From: the human T2T-CHM13v2.0 reference genome, Homo sapiens
Assembly: GCF_009914755.1 (NCBI RefSeq)
Contig: NC_060927.1
DNA length: 64,000 nucleotides
Direction: 5' to 3' (one strand)
This document shows positions 59,683-64,000 of the stretch, in pieces. A model generated the notes under the pieces. It was not told the origin of the DNA. It saw only the letters and a program-made list of their open reading frames with translations, and ran no database searches. The first letter of the stretch is position 1; each line of letters starts with the position of its first letter. The translations under genes and the position numbers were made by a program.

Positions 59683-62600
59683 TACTTGCCTGTCTCAGTA
59701 TTCAAGGTCACAAGGCTAGACCAGTGCCAGAGAGAACACCTCCACTCCTTCTTGTAGAACTCCAGCACGCTTGCCCTGACCACACACCTTTGTCCCCTTG
59801 TGTTTCCTTTCTCTGTATCGAAACTACAGCACTGAAGGGGCATCTGTAAAAATTACCTCATGAAAAATCTTTCCACGTAGACCTGGTGAGTCATTGTTTA
59901 TCCAACCTGTGCACTGAATCAAAACATGCTTCCCCTCACAGCTCATCATCAACCTTTTGTGGCCTTTTCAAACTGTCTTCCTTAGTTTTTCTTCTCCTTG
60001 GCTCTCTCAGGAGGAAGGGTAGCAGAGTGTCATGCAGCCTGATGTATCAGATGATAAGATTTAACAGGGCTCATCTATTAATACTTCAGCAGGTGCTTCA
60101 TGGGCAGCCCAGAAAAGCCATGACTGACTGGGTTGGGGGCTGTGGGTTGGGGAACCTTCATTAGCAATTCTCTTGGTTCATTTTAAAAGGTCAGACCCAT
60201 GAGTGTGATGTTATTACATACCCTAGCCCAAGACCATTAAAACTGGGAAGGCCTTCAGAGAAGGACATATCCATCTTCTCACCTAGCATTGAGCAAACGT
60301 GACTAGATGCAGAATCAGTGGACATGCTAGATTTCCTAGGAAGTTGCCGTGTAAGAGGGGGGCATAGCTTAGGGATGTGTCTTGAAGTTGTGTTTAGGTA
60401 GCAAGCAACTATTTTTATGAAGTTTATTTGGTATTGTGGGGTGCTGGGTATGACTGGAGTTCATGGGATGGGGCTGAACCCCTCACCCCACCCTGTCCCC
60501 ACTTGAGCCTTCCCACAGCTCTGTCTGTGGCATCTGGAAGCACAGCTGAATAAATGCAAATGGCTGTCCCCCTAGGTGGGCTGCACCCATGCTAGGAGGG
60601 CAGTGAGGCTGTGGATCTCTTGGGGGTAAAAGTGGAGTTTCCCCTTCTTTTCCTTATCCCCCTCATAGGAGGAGAGGGAGAGCTATACATCAAACCTTTG
60701 ACTCTGGTATTTGGGGAATATTTTAAAGAACAAGTCCAATCCCAGGTATGGAGGAAAGGCTCCTGGACTGGGCGTCATTCCAGATGGCTTTGGGTCTCAG
60801 TTTAGTAGTTTGGGGATCATGGACAAGTTCCTTTAACTCCTCAAGCCTCATTTGTAAAGATAAATCACAATTCCTGCCCTCTCAGGATTATGCTGAGGAC
60901 CAAAGGAATTGGAAAATGCCTGTAAATTTAAAAGGAGGACACAAATGTAAGGTATTGGGAGACTTCTTTATTATTATAGGCATCATCATTATTATAGATG
61001 ATCTCAACTCCTGGCCAGCCTCAATCATCCCAAAGGCATGGGGGAACTGAAACTCTTGCCTGGTCTAACTTTAAGCTTACCTGAGGTCATTTAAAGACTC
61101 AAGAACAATACAGAGCCCACCTCCCCAGATGCTGTCATTACAAAGATTAAAAGGAGGTGAAATTGCTTCTCCTTCACCTGCCCTGCCATTTTCCTCTTGC
61201 AAGGCTGAATTTTTGTGAAAAAAAATTTTTCCCTTTCAAGGTTACTTTGCATGTTCATTTAACCTTGCTGTGGGGAGTAAGAAAGTTTGGACACAGAAAT
61301 AAATTTGTTCCCAAGTCTATAGCATCCTGAGTGCAGCCCCAGTTATCCTTCCCCGAGCCCTTTGCATTTTAATATTAAATCTAGGACCCAATGAAGTGAA
61401 TAAATAATGGTTGAATTTCTCATGATAGGAATCAGTTAAGAACTCAAATAGGAGAACAGAGGCAAGGTGTTTTCAAATCATACCACGCTGTGATCCACCT
61501 TTTGTATTCAGTAAAACTAACCCTATTTGGGAATGTAGTATCAAAAAATCAGTAAGAGAAAAAATATGAAAAGCTAGCGTAGTTAGACTGGGCATGAGCC
61601 TAAAGAGGAACATAAAACTCTGAGTTAGTAAAAATGTGGAAAACTAGTGAAAGCTCTGTCTGTACCGTATCCCAGGTATTAATCTGAGTGGGTCACCTCT
61701 TGGAGGGGAAGGCAGTCAGAATTTCTCCACTGGGTATGGCAGGAGACTCATGCCCCACATAACAGACTTTAGCAAATGACTGTTGAATGGCAAAGCTATA
61801 CTTTTCATTTCAGATTTTCAGGCAGTCTCTGTAAGTGTTTTGCCTTCAGGAAGGGAAATAATTCAACCAGGGTCTATGGTTGAAACTGAGCTTAATTTGC
61901 TGTTGCTGATATTTCTTTTTATTCTTAGTAAAATAATTCACTTTTACTTCCACTCCACCCACTCTCTCAACTCCAGTTCAACAATCTCATTCTAGAGTTC
62001 CCCCTACTCTTTATGTTAGTCAATATCCAGGCCAAATCATTGTCCTCTTCTCTCTCTTCCCCTTCCTCTTCCCCTCTCCTTTTCCACCTCTCTCCCAGAC
62101 AAAGTCACCATGGCATGTTACAAAGAGCATTGGCCTTGCCACTTAAATATGGGATACTGAGTCAGGAGTAACCATTCCTAAAATGGGAATAAGGCCGTAG
62201 CTCTCAAAGGTGACATTGGGTTAAGTGGGACGTGCACACTTAATCCATGGTAGTATTCTATACCCTTCAATGCTGGGTTCTGGGGCTACAAGCAGAGTAA
62301 AATCCGATTCCTGTGTTGAGGACTAGGTCAGCAGTGGCAGAGGTGGAATGGGCCTTAAAACAAACAAACAAAGCCCCCTGCAAATCTAAAAGCATCAACC
62401 ACATCTAATTTATTGTCACATTGAGTGAAACATGGAGCACTTTTAAGCCAAATAAGGTAGTGATAGAAAAGTAAAGAAGAAAACAGCCAGTAAAAATTTT
62501 ATGAGACCAACCTGAAAGGACCAGCTTGGCCACCTGCTGTTTATAGTGCGGTTTCCTTATGGCTGTCTTTCTCTACAGGTGGACTATCATCTCCGAACAC

Positions 62601-62773
62601 TCCTAAGAAATGGAAGATAGTCTCTTAAGAGGACAGCCCAGAGGTAGTTTGAGGAAACGTCTGACAGCAGGAAAAACAACTTCAGCAGATGCCCCTTTGG
62701 CCAAAGCATGCTGTTAAAACTGACTCTACTGACACCTGGTGGAGAGTAGGGTAACTTCTCCCTGCTAAAGAGG

Positions 62774-62829
62774 GTGTGTGTGTATGTGTGTGTGTGTGGG
62801 GGGGGGGGGGTGTGTGGGGTGTGTGTGTG
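62774..62829. repeat. (GT)n - G-run - (GT)n compound repeat
   Basis: Directly visible. Confidence 0.9.
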
Positions 62830-63348
62830 ATGAACGGATTGGAAACACATTCATCATGTCAGGGAAATTAATTCCTAAGGAATGAGGGTACCATGCAGAA
62901 CCACCAGATGCCAGAATATATAATTGTGGTTAGGTGACTCACTGAGACACATGCATGAAAAACAACAAACAAGAATGTGAAAATAAAACATTAAGACTGC
63001 AGCAAATGATTTATTATTGATTTTTAAAAAGAGTTTGATAATGAGTAAGACAATAACAAACAATCCACTCCCTTCTGCAACCCTGGATGGTGTCATAAGA
63101 AAAGACTCTAGTACTTGACCCCTTGATAGTATCATCTGAAATTTAAAAGAAAATTCAATCTTGTCCCAGGGAGACAGTGTCTCTCAGTCTGAGCCAGTGC
63201 TCTGCTGCCTCTGGAATCTGCAGTGAGCTCCTTCAGATTTTTAACCCTGGGATAAAAAGAATAATCTTCCTAAATGGAGTGTTATGAAGACTGCTGTGCT
63301 CCTGAAATTCCCTTGAAGATGAAAATAAAATTATCCTAATAAATATAA

Positions 63349-63759
<411 letters not shown>

Positions 63760-64000
63760 GCACATTAGGTTCTTGTTTAATTCTGCTTGGTAAAGGTTCT
63801 GTTGGCTCTTTATCAGAAATTCCAGTGGCTTTCTGTGAGGTGTCAGGTGCATGGTATAGCACACACAGCCTGAATTTGTCTTTCAACAGTGTGTATCAAA
63901 GGTGATTTTCAGGAATGCACCAGAGCAATTAGAGCAATCATTAGTTCCAATTTGCAAGAATTAATCCATCATATTTGGGACACTAAATGAGAATTTACAT

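Overview
AT-rich, repeat-dense primate DNA (almost certainly human, THRB locus at 3p24). The window is intronic THRB (thyroid hormone receptor beta) on the minus strand. It holds the first two TRbeta1 coding exons: a 64-nt start-codon exon (53503-53440; MTPNSMT) and a 261-nt A/B-domain exon (14839-14579; [11 protein letters not shown]...EEKKCKG), separated by a 38.6-kb intron. That intron carries a full-length but disrupted L1PA antisense to THRB (about 28026-34334). The L1 retains an ORF0, has an intact endonuclease frame, and has a 200-bp non-L1 insert in its RT region. The rest is about 15 Alu copies, older L1/L2/MIR/MER/MLT relics, a MADE1 MITE and microsatellites. There are no prokaryotic systems, RNA genes or CRISPR arrays. 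The best leads concern control of the TRbeta1 N-terminus: two uORFs abutting the AUG, an L1 antisense promoter/ORF0 in phase with the next THRB exon, a putative spliced antisense RNA ending on the exon donor, and an RFX/nuclear-receptor motif cluster. There are also several unexplained structures (150-bp palindrome, local duplications, a possible repair scar). All of these leads are hypotheses. Repeat subfamilies and old-repeat boundaries were judged by eye and are approximate.
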